A DNA stretch of 64,000 nt from an uncultured virus (IMG/VR IMGVR_UViG_3300032328_000910) (IMGVR_UViG_3300032328_000910); one strand, 5' to 3'. Positions 1 through 10,399 are shown, counted from the first letter of the stretch. Notes: generated from the sequence alone by a model not told the origin. Made by a program: numbers and translations.

Positions 1-2
1 AA

Positions 3-1064
3 AAGCTTGACGAAGGGTACAAACGTTTATCTGATTTTGGACATAAAATTACTAAGCAAGCGTTTTCTGCTGCGGATGGTGGAATAGTTGAATTTATTAT
101 TCCTGATGAATTGGGTGGACGAGAGCTTAAAAGTTTATTTGAAGTTCTTAGCCTTAACCTATCTCCAATTCAGCTCGATGCCGAAGGTAGAGTTAAGCCT
201 ATGATTCTGCACCATCTCCGTTTAAGTACTTACCCTAAAGGTAGTAAAGAATATACAAAAGGTAAGCCAATTAAATACCCATGTTATGTTCAACCGAAAA
301 AAGATGGTGTATGTGCTGTTGGTAGTGCAAAAGACGGGCTTATTACTCGTGGCGGTAAAGACCGTTTAACACCTGGTGGTAAAGCTTGGAAGGACATTTG
401 CCCCCAAATCTATAAAGAGCTTAAACGTCTTAACTATCATAAGCCTCTTCATGGAGAAGTATATCTGCACAGTTACACACTCGACGATATAACTTCTGCT
501 TGTAAAAAAGAAAACACTCTTAGTGGTAAGCTACAATTTATTATCTTTGATGTTGTAGATACGTCTGCTACATTTAAAGAACGTAAAGAAGAGCTTGAAG
601 ATTTGGAAGTACTTTTGCAGTCACTTGATTATAAATACCTACGTGTGATTCAAACTTTCACTGTAAAAAATGAAAGCGAATTACTTGACTTTGAAACTCA
701 TTTTCTTAGCAAAGATGAAGAAGGTCTTGTAGCACGTGTACCTGCTGGTAAGTATTACCCTGGCGAACGCAGTACAGAAGTTCTTAAACTTGTTAGATTT
801 GACAGTATGGAACTGAAAGTGCTCGACATTCTGCCGATGGAAAATGAACCTACTCACGGAATTTTTGTAGTTGATTGTGAAACTGCTAATGGCGAACTAT
901 TAAAGGTTACGCCTGGAGAAGGCTTTGACGATAAAAAACGTCAAGCTATTCTTAAAAACAAGAAAGACTACATTGGGCAACTACTTACTATTCGTCACCG
1001 AGGTTTTACACAGTACGGTACTCCACGTATCGCTACAGGTGAATCTCTAAGACACGATTTGTAA
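3..1064 (+). CDS. lig: ATP-dependent DNA ligase (5'-truncated by window edge)
   Basis: Ligase motifs QPKKDG (I), HGEVY (III), FIIFDV (IIIa), EEGLVAR (IV), LKL (V) and a C-terminal OB fold ending GTPRI. The frame is open from position 3 (KLDEGYKRL...), so the true start lies upstream of the window. Confidence 0.93.
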   Translation, partial: KLDEGYKRLSDFGHKITKQAFSAADGGIVEFIIPDELGGRELKSLFEVLSLNLSPIQLDAEGRVKPMILHHLRLSTYPKGSKEYTKGKPIKYPCYVQPKKDGVCAVGSAKDGLITRGGKDRLTPGGKAWKDICPQIYKELKRLNYHKPLHGEVYLHSYTLDDITSACKKENTLSGKLQFIIFDVVDTSATFKERKEELEDLEVLLQSLDYKYLRVIQTFTVKNESELLDFETHFLSKDEEGLVARVPAGKYYPGERSTEVLKLVRFDSMELKVLDILPMENEPTHGIFVVDCETANGELLKVTPGEGFDDKKRQAILKNKKDYIGQLLTIRHRGFTQYGTPRIATGESLRHDL

Positions 1065-1066
1065 TT

Positions 1067-1282
1067 ATGTTGTTCCTATTGGATGTACAAATGGCAGCTA
1101 TTGGAGGCGGAGTTCTGCTTGTATTAGCTGCTGTATTTGTAGGAGGCGGAAAGGGCCCAAAAGAGCCCATTACTTGTAAAGGCTGTGGCAAAGTTAAAAA
1201 GCATTGCATTTGTAATGATTTAGACAAAGCTAATAAAGAAGTTCAAGAACTTCTTAAAAAGTATAAACATAAAAAAGATTAA
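1067..1282 (+). CDS. small membrane-anchored protein with CxxC...HCxC motif
   Basis: Hydrophobic N-terminal segment, then CKGC...HCIC; tightly packed after the ligase. Confidence 0.6.
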   Translation: MLFLLDVQMAAIGGGVLLVLAAVFVGGGKGPKEPITCKGCGKVKKHCICNDLDKANKEVQELLKKYKHKKD

Positions 1283-1310
1283 CTAACCAAATTTAAAATT
1301 CAATTTAGTC

Positions 1311-1712
1311 ATGGGAAAGTTCAAAATTATGCCATTCTTTGTGGCACTCGCAATCTTGACGACGATGTTCTTTGTATTTCCGTCTTACAAGCCTGTACAT
1401 GATTATAAAAATATCACCACAAAAGGGGGTAGTCTTAGATTCGAAACTGTACGTTTCGTTGGTACATTTATCAATCAAGGTGCAGACTATGTTCTGAAAC
1501 TTGAAATAGGTGATACTGCTATTTTTGAAAAGCTTACTTATATAACTAAAAGTGCCAAAACTAATGTAAGCCTTACATTGTACAATCAGCATCAACATTT
1601 TGTGCTTCATTTTGTAAAGGGTCGTCTAAGTGGAGTAACTCAAACTATTAACCACAATCCTGACCTTGGTTTACAAGGCGGTACAATCTATTACGAACAG
1701 CAATGGAATTGA
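1311..1712 (+). CDS. hypothetical protein with N-terminal signal/TM segment
   Basis: Hydrophobic N-terminus; A-rich leader; operon packing. Confidence 0.6.
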   Translation: MGKFKIMPFFVALAILTTMFFVFPSYKPVHDYKNITTKGGSLRFETVRFVGTFINQGADYVLKLEIGDTAIFEKLTYITKSAKTNVSLTLYNQHQHFVLHFVKGRLSGVTQTINHNPDLGLQGGTIYYEQQWN

Positions 1713-2176
1713 CGATAAAGAACGATATGGATGTTAAAGAGATTGCAGCTACCATTGAGAAATCTATTCTTGATGGTGAAGTCGATAAGACCGAAGCTGC
1801 AATCTTTTTAAAGCGTATCGAAAAGATTGTAGAATTAGTTCTCAAAAACGAAGACGTTAAAGAGCAATTTAGAATTAATTTTCAACGTTATAAAAAAGTG
1901 CAAGCATTTGGAGCTATTGTTGAATATGGTAGTACTCATACGTCTTACAATTATGACCTCTGCAACCACGACCTTTACAACGCCTGGAAACGTATTGCTA
2001 TTGAAGCTGCTGCTAACATGAAGCTTATTGAAAAAGACCTTCGTGAACTACAAGATAGTGAAAAAGAAATTATTATTACAAATGTACCTGTAATCCGTTA
2101 TGAAAGTAGTGGCGATATTATAACTATATGTCGTCCTGTAAAAGCGGAACAATTTGGTCCTAAATTTAAATTCTAA
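1703..2176 (+). CDS. hypothetical phage protein
   Basis: 157-aa ORF whose start overlaps the previous stop. Confidence 0.7.
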   Translation: MELTIKNDMDVKEIAATIEKSILDGEVDKTEAAIFLKRIEKIVELVLKNEDVKEQFRINFQRYKKVQAFGAIVEYGSTHTSYNYDLCNHDLYNAWKRIAIEAAANMKLIEKDLRELQDSEKEIIITNVPVIRYESSGDIITICRPVKAEQFGPKFKF

Positions 2177-2179
2177 GTT

Positions 2180-2518
2180 ATGAGTCGACGTAGAGAACCG
2201 TATAAACCTGAAATTGAGCCATTGCATATCGTTGAGTGTATCAACGGTGATTTTATAGATGAAGTTGCTCGTATTACTCTATCTTTGCCTATTGAAGGTG
2301 AAGTATATACGGTTCGCTCTGTCGTTAATTATCAAAATGGTGAAATTGGACTATTATTAGTCGAAATGATAAATCCGCTTGTACTTACCGAAGTTGGTCC
2401 TAATCAACAAAGAGTTATTGAAACCACTTTTAATTCAAAAAGGTTTCGAGTTATTGGGCATTATGCTCATATTATTAATCTATTTGAAAATCCTGATGTA
2501 GAATATGGAAACTATTAA
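2180..2518 (+). CDS. hypothetical protein
   Basis: 112-aa ORF in a packed operon. Confidence 0.65.
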   Translation: MSRRREPYKPEIEPLHIVECINGDFIDEVARITLSLPIEGEVYTVRSVVNYQNGEIGLLLVEMINPLVLTEVGPNQQRVIETTFNSKRFRVIGHYAHIINLFENPDVEYGNY

Positions 2519-3188
2519 GTTAACGGAAATGAGAGAAACTATTAAAGAAAAAGTTTCTGAAGAAGCTATGCAACTTATTGATGAGTTTATCGACAGATTT
2601 GTCGAAACTCACAATTTGAGTAAAGTTGAGCGATTTCAACGTATTACAGGTCAACCTATGATTCCGGCGTGTGAAACTCCTGCACCTGAACTTGCAATCA
2701 ATCGTATTAAAATGATTGTCGAGGAAGTGTATGAACTTGTATATGCTCAACATTCTGAAGTTCGTGAAAGCATTGCTGAGTTTATTAGAAGTAAAAACAA
2801 AGAACTTCTGTATCATATTATTGACAACGCTGACAGTCCGCCAAACATTTACAGTGTACTTGAAACTCTCGACGCTTTGATTGACATTCGCTACGTTCTT
2901 GATGGTGCTATTTTAGCATTTGGACTTGGTGCTCAATTTGCCGTAGGCTTCGAGATTGTACATGAAAACAATATGACTAAAATTCCAACTGACCCTGAAG
3001 TTGCTGAAAAGACTTTAGAAAAGTACAATGCAATGGGAATTGTAGTCGGATTTGATAAACGTAGAGTTGACGGCATTGCGTATTACCCTTGTATTGTAGT
3101 TGAATCGTCTGACAACAATTACCCTAAAGGTAAATTAGTTAAGCCGATTGGCTATCGAAAAGTATCTCTCGCTAAGGCGTTAGAATAG
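2505..3188 (+). CDS. MazG-like/PRA-PH family NTP pyrophosphohydrolase (dUTPase-like)
   Basis: Motifs RIKMIVEEVYEL, ETLDALIDIRYV, VHENNMTK and GKLVKPIGY, typical of this all-alpha family. Confidence 0.85.
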   Translation: METIKLTEMRETIKEKVSEEAMQLIDEFIDRFVETHNLSKVERFQRITGQPMIPACETPAPELAINRIKMIVEEVYELVYAQHSEVRESIAEFIRSKNKELLYHIIDNADSPPNIYSVLETLDALIDIRYVLDGAILAFGLGAQFAVGFEIVHENNMTKIPTDPEVAEKTLEKYNAMGIVVGFDKRRVDGIAYYPCIVVESSDNNYPKGKLVKPIGYRKVSLAKALE

Positions 3189-3236
3189 ACTACTGTGTTC
3201 CAGCAGCAAAAAGTTCTTATCAAATCAACTATCGAT

Positions 3237-3269
3237 GGCGGTGCAGATGCGTGTCTGCATCGCCTTTTT
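3237..3269 (+). terminator. intrinsic terminator
   Basis: 12-bp stem GGCGGTGCAGAT/GTCTGCATCGCC followed by TTTTT. Confidence 0.75.
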
Positions 3270-3302
3270 AATTGCATTATTAACAATAAACCTCCCCAAA
3301 AA

Positions 3303-4181
3303 ATGAAAGATAAAACTAACCACATTGCAAACACTTATCTTGTGTTAACACTGCTTGAAGGTATGTTAGAAGAAAGTATTGATAATGCTCACTTTACACA
3401 AGGCGATAAGCAAGCTGTTAATAACTTTAGAAAATACTTCCGTAGGCATATTGACCGCTTTTGGAATGTATCTGATGATAATGATAAACATGAACTCGTT
3501 GAGTTTGGGCATACAATGCAGAATATTGAAAAACTCCCTGAATTTATAGGGAAACTCAATCCACCTTGCCTACACGTTGCTGTTGATTTTATGCAACGAC
3601 TTGCAGCTAATGAATACGACAACAATCCGCTTGTGTATGACTTTACAAAAGTCTATGCTGAAATGAAAAGTTTTGAACTTTATGAAGCTTTGGCTGACAA
3701 TCTTCGTAGAGTAAATATCGCTGACTTAGGTATTTATACTATCAAACATGATGGTAAAGAATATACAGTTTGCGATGTTGAAAATGGTGTATTTTATCTT
3801 GCAACCCCTGAAGGTACATTTATAACTGTACAAATACAAGACATTAGTATCGACGAAGTGCTGCGATTTAACAACGCAATTTACAAAGAATTGATTGAAT
3901 TTCAAGACTTGAAAGTAACTAAGCGTATGTTTCCAATTGCTAAAGACGTGAACGTTTACATTGGTGAAGAATATACAGACCGCGACAATAGCCTACAAGT
4001 TGATTACGTGTTTAAACATGGTAATCAGGTTTTAGTCAATTCAACTACTAATGTCGAATATGACAATAAGCTTGGTTATTATATTAAAGTAAGTTGCTCT
4101 TATGACAAAGAGCATAAATATAAAGGTATTATACCTTTGGATAAAACCGTATTAATTAACCAACTTAATGAAGTTTTATAG
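3303..4181 (+). CDS. hypothetical protein
   Basis: Long ORF; start moved to ATG 3303 because the track's GTG start (3195) would run through the terminator hairpin. Confidence 0.7.
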   Translation: MKDKTNHIANTYLVLTLLEGMLEESIDNAHFTQGDKQAVNNFRKYFRRHIDRFWNVSDDNDKHELVEFGHTMQNIEKLPEFIGKLNPPCLHVAVDFMQRLAANEYDNNPLVYDFTKVYAEMKSFELYEALADNLRRVNIADLGIYTIKHDGKEYTVCDVENGVFYLATPEGTFITVQIQDISIDEVLRFNNAIYKELIEFQDLKVTKRMFPIAKDVNVYIGEEYTDRDNSLQVDYVFKHGNQVLVNSTTNVEYDNKLGYYIKVSCSYDKEHKYKGIIPLDKTVLINQLNEVL

Positions 4182-4697
4182 ATGAAAACTCTTAAAGATA
4201 TATTTGAAGGTTTTGACCCTTCTGAAGAAAGTCACACTTTTACTACCAATATGGACAAAAAGCTTAAAGAGTTTACTCTTAAGTTAATGATAGCAGATGA
4301 TAAATACGTTGCTAAAGTTAATGAAGAGCTTAATTTGTTGTGGCAATATCAAGCTATAATCAAACGTGCAGAATTTTGGGGGCTAAAAATTGACCCGAAA
4401 GTGTTTATTCTGCTGATGATGGTAAGTAATGCTGGAATTGGAGGACTATTGCTTAGTATTATTTATATGGTATGGTATGACAAGCGGAAGTCACTTTGTT
4501 ATAGTAATGCTAATTATAAGAAAGGTGATTTTGATATTGAATTAAAAGAAGTGCTTACTAATCTTGGTCCAATTTTACTTACAGACCATGATATCGACCG
4601 TCTTTGGGAATGGCAAAAATACTTCGGAGATAACCTTATAGACAACACTGAGCAAGTACAAGAGATTATTAAATACAGCCGTGAATTGATGAAATAG
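4182..4697 (+). CDS. hypothetical protein
   Basis: 171-aa ORF abutting the previous stop. Confidence 0.7.
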   Translation: MKTLKDIFEGFDPSEESHTFTTNMDKKLKEFTLKLMIADDKYVAKVNEELNLLWQYQAIIKRAEFWGLKIDPKVFILLMMVSNAGIGGLLLSIIYMVWYDKRKSLCYSNANYKKGDFDIELKEVLTNLGPILLTDHDIDRLWEWQKYFGDNLIDNTEQVQEIIKYSRELMK

Positions 4698-4732
4698 TAA
4701 ACCTTATTGTAAATCATTTAAAACATTATTTT

Positions 4733-4813
4733 ATGAAACACCGTAATGACGGTAATGGTACTACCGGTACTAATAATAGTGGTAATGGTACGGCTGGCTC
4801 GCAGCGACCATAA
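4733..4813 (+). CDS. putative 26-aa Gly/Asn/Thr-rich micropeptide MKHRNDGNGTTGTNNSGNGTAGSQRP
   Basis: ATG in an AT-rich leader (TTTAAAACATTATTTT); followed by a terminator-like hairpin; below the ORF-track length cutoff. Confidence 0.4.
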   Translation: MKHRNDGNGTTGTNNSGNGTAGSQRP

Positions 4814-4852
4814 AAAACCGAACCGACCCAAGTATATTACTAACCAATAAAA

Positions 4853-4894
4853 AGCCCTGAAACCGCCCGTTTTGTGCCGTTTTGGGGCTGTTTT
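4853..4894 (+). terminator. putative intrinsic terminator
   Basis: Stem AGCCCTGAAAC/GTTTTGGGGCT (with G-U pairs) followed by GTTTT. Confidence 0.5.
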
Positions 4895-4910
4895 ATGCCA
4901 AAAATCAACC

Positions 4911-5201
4911 ATGAAACAGACCGTACAAACATTGCTTAATCAATACATACAGCAACATCGTAATGCTTACATCAAGTTACAAGTTAACGGCGTGCCTATT
5001 CATCCCAATAATCAATTAGAGCTTATAATGTTTGAAGCTGATAAATATCAAATTATTACTTCACACAATGAAGGTCAAGTTGTACTTGAATTGGATATCG
5101 AATGGGACAATGTCGACCAGTGCGTAATAGCTTTTAGAAAAGGTCACATCGCCGCTATCATGGCGGATATTATCCACATTGTTTTTACTTGTACTACCTA
5201 A
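4911..5201 (+). CDS. hypothetical protein
   Basis: ATG 4911 after AAAATCAACC; last gene of the rightward block. Confidence 0.6.
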   Translation: MKQTVQTLLNQYIQQHRNAYIKLQVNGVPIHPNNQLELIMFEADKYQIITSHNEGQVVLELDIEWDNVDQCVIAFRKGHIAAIMADIIHIVFTCTT

Positions 5202-5209
5202 AACAACAA

Positions 5210-5239
5210 AAGCCGTTAGAGAGTTATCCCTAACGGCTT
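5210..5239. terminator. bidirectional terminator at convergence of middle and late blocks
   Basis: Perfect 10-bp stem AAGCCGTTAG/CTAACGGCTT flanked by A and T runs, between convergent genes. Confidence 0.8.
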
Positions 5240-5266
5240 AAAATTTTTTATCGGCAAATCGCTGCG

Positions 5267-8200
5267 CTAAAACAGCTTGTAATGATTATAATTCTCGTAT
5301 AGATTATTCCATCTAACAGTTTGATTATAGATAGGTATAGCTTTAAGCATTTCTGTTTGCAGCTTATTCTGTCCATGATAAACACCAGACTTATATATTA
5401 AATCTTCTTCATTACTGAATGGATATAAAATAAGCTGTTGCCCTATTTTAATAGCACTTTCAAGAGTGTTAAACGTAGCAGTAGGAGATTTAAGAATCTT
5501 TTTACTTTCATTAAGCCAACCACCACCTACATAACCAGGTGCAGCAGCTAATGGTACGTAAGTAGTTAATTCGGTAGCAGTGCGGTCAGCTTGATAAATA
5601 GCAAGCATAAGTGCTAATGGCGGTTCTTCGTCATCACCTTTAACATACTTAAGTGCATACAATAACCCAATAGCACTACAGAACGCTAAGTATTCAAGAA
5701 CAGTTCTAATAACATTAGCCTTCTGCGTATCACTAAGTGTTTCCCAATGCACTTTACTACGTGTAAGCATATCTCCATATCCACGTACAATATTGCCAAT
5801 AGCTTTCATTACTCCAATAGCTTCAGCAGTACCTGCTTTATCTCTGAAATCCGATATTGAATCTATAATTGGGCGACCAATGAAATTAAGAGTAGTAAAG
5901 TAAATACCCTCATCTTCCATACTACGACGTTCATTCCAAAACTTAGCACCAAATCGAGTACCAAATCGCTTATTCCATCCAGGTCGCATCCACTTTCTAA
6001 ATTGAATAGCTAAACGACCAAGAGCATATTGTTGCATAGCACCTGCATCCGCTTTGTTATAGATACCATGTAAGTACTGATTAACACCAAGTACACGTCG
6101 CTCAAATTCGGCAATTTCATCCTTTTTAAATACAATCCCTTCTTTAGGACTCATTTTACCATCCTTAAATTCAAACGCTTCATAAACTGAAGTGTGAGTT
6201 TTCCATTGTTCTTTAAGCTCTTTCATAAGCCCTTTGTTCTCACTTAGAGCAGCTTTAGTAAGCTCTTTATCAGACTTATAGCTAATCTCTTTCAGCTTTC
6301 CACGTTTAAATTCATCAAACGACATAATAACACCATCAACTACTTTGTGACTATATGCCATTGCCATCAACGTTCTATTTTGAATGTTATGTTCAGATAT
6401 ATGCTCTAACATATAAGCTTTACTAACAGCGAAGTTAAGACCGCGCATAGCTCGTTGCGCAATAGAAGTATTTTCATTACCGAAAGCAGCTTCTGTAAAG
6501 TCCATAGTAATATTGAAGTATTGTAGAAATGCACTTTGCTTAGTAGATGCTTGACCTTCTCTATCCGCCATGAAACTTATAACACCTAAACCATATTCAG
6601 CTGTAGCTTTAGCCCAATCCCCTGTAGAAAAGAACTGACCAGATACGGACTCTATATGGTTCATAAGAGTACCATAAACTTGATTATTCATAGCACTTAG
6701 AGGATTAAGAGCCATACCTTTAAATGAAGTATAGTTTTGAAGTACACGAGCAACTTTTTGCCAAGCGCCTTCATCAGCTTCAAACTCTTCATAGAATACC
6801 ATTTTAAGCCAATCTTCATAATGAGCAAGCACATTACTCCCAAGAGTAGATTTTTCTACTTCATTATTAACAAAGCCAGCCATCTTTTTAAACTTATCAA
6901 CAACCGGAACTCCATTTTTAGTAACAGAGATTTTATGGTTCTCAATAAAAGACTTACGAACACGAAGCATTTCAAACTCAATAGCTTTCTTATGCTTGTG
7001 TTTAAGAGCTTCATTCATATACAGCTTCATAGTAGCTTTCAAGTCCATATTCACTTCAGCAGCATGAGCTTTCTTGTTATTAATCCTAATTTCTTCATTA
7101 GTACGACGCTTTTGAGCTTTAACTTCTTCACTATCAGTAGACAAAACCTTTTCGTATTGTTTTTGATTAAGCAGATTATTGTATTTAAATGGAAGAAATT
7201 GTACAATATCACCCGCTTCATTAACAATAACACCTTGTTCATTGTCGTATTGACCTGCATCTCTCCAACCTATGTTTTTAGCAATTTGAGCCAATACTCC
7301 CGTATTATTTACAGGGACAGAAGGCAAATATCCATGCTTAACTACACTTTCCTTAGTATGTTCAGTTAGAAACGCAAGCGTGTTAAGAAGATATGTATGA
7401 AAATCTTTTTCTGCATTTGTAAATGTAACATAACGGCTATTCATCCACTTATTAAGAGCGGGTTTGTAATAAGCACCTGTACGGCTATAAGTAGTTGTAC
7501 CTTTAGTATTAGTGTACAATTGTTTAGCTCGCCATTCTTTAAATCCAATTTCACCCAATTGAAGTTTTTTATCGGCTTCCAGCTGCGCAATTTCTTCTTT
7601 AGTCAGTATTTCAGTATTGGCTAATAACCAAGCATTAACAGTTTTAGCAAATCCTTTCTTATTAGTTTTAAACTTTTCTTTATTTTCACTAAACATTTTA
7701 GCGCGAGCTTCGTAATATGCACTGTAATCAAGACGTGGTATTACTTTACCACTCTCTTCGTCGACAAAGCGCATTACATTGCTGCCGCTTGCTTCAAGTA
7801 TCTTTACAGCTTCGTCCCAACGTTTAGTTTCATCTATGACTTCGTCTTTATACTCACGCATTTTATAGTCATACATTTTAATAACGTTAGCCATAAAACT
7901 ATTGTGAGTGTCAGCCATAGCGTCCATGTTACGTTGCATAAAGCTTTCATCCATTTGGGCTTTAAAGAATGCTTGTGTATTATCAAGAACACCTCTACCA
8001 CCATACAAAGGATTAGATGACAATTCAACGTAACGCATATCAAGTTCTTTATTCAGCCTGCCAATTTTAAGTTGCAAATCACTCATAATACCCTCATTAA
8101 CTTTAAGAGCTTTATGAACTTCATTTACTTGTTTAGCGTCAGAACTTGGTAGTTGTCTAATTTTAACTACTTGGCTAAGAAACATATCAGCGTTAATAAG

Positions 8201-10384
8201 AAACGCTAAGAACTCCATATATTGAGGCTTATCAGTTTCTTCAAGCAATTTAATATCTTGCCATGTATAACTGTCATAACCTTTAATAAACTTTGTTACC
8301 ATTGCACCATTCTCATCTGGTACACTAATAGTTCTATGTGACATTTGTGTATAGATACCTTGAAGCCCAGATGTAATAAATCTTGTATAATTGATGATAG
8401 CTTTAGTTTCATCAGCTTCCAACAATTCTTTCATTACGTTTTTAACAATACGTTCAAAACGAATAGCATCATCTACATTTGCAGTCGCTTTCATACGACT
8501 GATACTTTTGTTAAGATTAAGTATAACTTCTTGTATCCATTCATTAGTTTTGTGAAGTTCACTCACTTGGTCACTAAGAGTTTCAATTGTTTCTTCAGTA
8601 GCTGCAATTTCATCAAGTGTTTCGTCGACATTATCTTTACCGAGATAAACAGTTTTAAGTTTATCAGATAAGTCATCCAATGGTAATACACCATCTTCAT
8701 CTGTATCTTTAGTTTGAGCTATTTCAACGTTATGGTAGCGAGTTTCGCCGGTATCTTCTGTAATTGGAGTACCAACTACAGGAATAATAGCCATTTTAAC
8801 TACTTTAAAACCTTTACGTTCAAGCATAAGCTTGTATGTAGATAGCTGAAGGGCGTAGTCATTAGCTTTACTTGGTGGTACACCTTCTAACATATCGTCA
8901 GCGTAAGCCTTATTGTACTTATCTTTAGTATAGAAATAGTTAAACTTACCGCTTTCTTTAGTCTTCCAGTCATATATCATCACATCACCATTAGGAAGCT
9001 CAATCAACAAGTCGATAGTACCTGCAATCCCCATTTCTTCATCAAAAATTTTAATTTCTGAATGAAGTTTATAACCTTTATCATAAAGGCTATCGAGAAA
9101 TTGAGTAATATTGTCAACATAGTCTTCAACTAAAGCTCTGTCCATACCACCGTAGAAACGTACACCGGTACTATCAGGTTCACCTACTTTGTCAGGTACG
9201 TACAAGTTATTAAGTACAGCTTCGCGAGCTTGAGCTTTAGTCATACCTGAATTAATAGCTTTAATATAAGTTTCAGCCATTAAGTGAATACCAGTACCCT
9301 CTTCGCGCTTATCTGCCCATAATTCTTCAATCTGCTCATCAGAGTAAAAATTACCTTGAGCTTCTTGTTTAGCTTTGAAACCCTCGATAGCAGCTTTCTT
9401 ATCGAAAACACCTTTCAAGTTTTCAATTACGTTAGTAACACGTCCCATACGTAAACTTGGGTCATTATCAACTAAGTATGCAGCTTCGTCCGGAGCAATA
9501 GTTAAACGTTTACTATCAAGTTTCAAATCATTGATAGACATTTTATCACCTGTAACTTGAAACTGTTTGTAATTAGCAGGCTTACCTGTAAGGCGGTGTT
9601 TTAATTTACCACCTGTAAGCTCGAATGCAAGACGTTTAACAGGAGTAATACCGATACCAAGTTTTTCAGCTAATGATTTAAGGAAATGTTCAAACCAAAA
9701 CTGCCATGCACGTACCTTACCAATAATATCTTTACCGCTTTCAACGTAGAGTCTTGCACGGTAATCGTGAAGTCGAGCAGCTTCAATACCAATAGCAGTA
9801 GTTAATAGTTCTTTGCCAAACTGCTCATCAGTAAGATGAGGATACATTTTCTTAAGCTGTTTAGCTAACGCAGTGTCTTTCAAATGTTCAATACCACGCT
9901 CTATTACATGGCGGTCGCCATACATATCTACAAGTATGTGACCAAATTCATGCCAAACTGTATCTTTCTTAACTTGACGAGGATTAAACTCAATAGAAGT
10001 TTTACCATTTACAGTAATAACACTACCAAGTGCGCCCATATCGGCATTAAAACTCACTTCGATGTCCAAGCCTGCTTCTTCAAACATACTTGTAAGACTT
10101 TCTATTTGTGAGTTAAAATCTTCCATTGTAATTTCACCCATTTCTGAATGTACTGATTCATCTTTAAGATAACCTTTAGTTTCGCCAGCTTCATTTGTAA
10201 ACTCACCATTTACATCTAAATCAGGTTCGCCATTAGCATCCAATTTACCATTACCAAACCAATTCGCAAATGAATCAGTTTTAGTGTATGCAAAGTTTTT
10301 AATAGCTGTACCTTGCGAAACATTAGCAAGCTTATCATATAAGATAGACTTTTCCCCATTTTTAGCAACAAAACTGCAAGCCAT
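5267..10384 (-). CDS. large ejected virion (cargo) protein with zincin-like and PD-(D/E)XK nuclease domains
   Basis: 1705 aa; HEFGH at 9938-9952; GTIDLL...YDWKT at 8960-9022 followed by YALQLSTY; hydrophobic helices near the C-terminus; lies directly downstream of the vRNAP as in crAss-like phages. Confidence 0.8.
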   Translation of the reverse strand: MACSFVAKNGEKSILYDKLANVSQGTAIKNFAYTKTDSFANWFGNGKLDANGEPDLDVNGEFTNEAGETKGYLKDESVHSEMGEITMEDFNSQIESLTSMFEEAGLDIEVSFNADMGALGSVITVNGKTSIEFNPRQVKKDTVWHEFGHILVDMYGDRHVIERGIEHLKDTALAKQLKKMYPHLTDEQFGKELLTTAIGIEAARLHDYRARLYVESGKDIIGKVRAWQFWFEHFLKSLAEKLGIGITPVKRLAFELTGGKLKHRLTGKPANYKQFQVTGDKMSINDLKLDSKRLTIAPDEAAYLVDNDPSLRMGRVTNVIENLKGVFDKKAAIEGFKAKQEAQGNFYSDEQIEELWADKREEGTGIHLMAETYIKAINSGMTKAQAREAVLNNLYVPDKVGEPDSTGVRFYGGMDRALVEDYVDNITQFLDSLYDKGYKLHSEIKIFDEEMGIAGTIDLLIELPNGDVMIYDWKTKESGKFNYFYTKDKYNKAYADDMLEGVPPSKANDYALQLSTYKLMLERKGFKVVKMAIIPVVGTPITEDTGETRYHNVEIAQTKDTDEDGVLPLDDLSDKLKTVYLGKDNVDETLDEIAATEETIETLSDQVSELHKTNEWIQEVILNLNKSISRMKATANVDDAIRFERIVKNVMKELLEADETKAIINYTRFITSGLQGIYTQMSHRTISVPDENGAMVTKFIKGYDSYTWQDIKLLEETDKPQYMEFLAFLINADMFLSQVVKIRQLPSSDAKQVNEVHKALKVNEGIMSDLQLKIGRLNKELDMRYVELSSNPLYGGRGVLDNTQAFFKAQMDESFMQRNMDAMADTHNSFMANVIKMYDYKMREYKDEVIDETKRWDEAVKILEASGSNVMRFVDEESGKVIPRLDYSAYYEARAKMFSENKEKFKTNKKGFAKTVNAWLLANTEILTKEEIAQLEADKKLQLGEIGFKEWRAKQLYTNTKGTTTYSRTGAYYKPALNKWMNSRYVTFTNAEKDFHTYLLNTLAFLTEHTKESVVKHGYLPSVPVNNTGVLAQIAKNIGWRDAGQYDNEQGVIVNEAGDIVQFLPFKYNNLLNQKQYEKVLSTDSEEVKAQKRRTNEEIRINNKKAHAAEVNMDLKATMKLYMNEALKHKHKKAIEFEMLRVRKSFIENHKISVTKNGVPVVDKFKKMAGFVNNEVEKSTLGSNVLAHYEDWLKMVFYEEFEADEGAWQKVARVLQNYTSFKGMALNPLSAMNNQVYGTLMNHIESVSGQFFSTGDWAKATAEYGLGVISFMADREGQASTKQSAFLQYFNITMDFTEAAFGNENTSIAQRAMRGLNFAVSKAYMLEHISEHNIQNRTLMAMAYSHKVVDGVIMSFDEFKRGKLKEISYKSDKELTKAALSENKGLMKELKEQWKTHTSVYEAFEFKDGKMSPKEGIVFKKDEIAEFERRVLGVNQYLHGIYNKADAGAMQQYALGRLAIQFRKWMRPGWNKRFGTRFGAKFWNERRSMEDEGIYFTTLNFIGRPIIDSISDFRDKAGTAEAIGVMKAIGNIVRGYGDMLTRSKVHWETLSDTQKANVIRTVLEYLAFCSAIGLLYALKYVKGDDEEPPLALMLAIYQADRTATELTTYVPLAAAPGYVGGGWLNESKKILKSPTATFNTLESAIKIGQQLILYPFSNEEDLIYKSGVYHGQNKLQTEMLKAIPIYNQTVRWNNLYENYNHYKLF

Positions 10385-10399
10385 ATAGTTTGATTAAAA

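Noticed and set aside
4860..4883. Similarity of AAACCGCCCGTTTTGTGCCG to 40224-40242
   Set aside because: An 11-mer plus a gapped 7-mer, with one copy inside a CDS; plausible by chance in 64 kb.
10220..10280. ADP-ribosyltransferase (ART-PolyVal-like) domain suggested by FANWFGNGKLDANGEP
   Set aside because: Only the leading motif is present; the following YHG and catalytic core are not seen.
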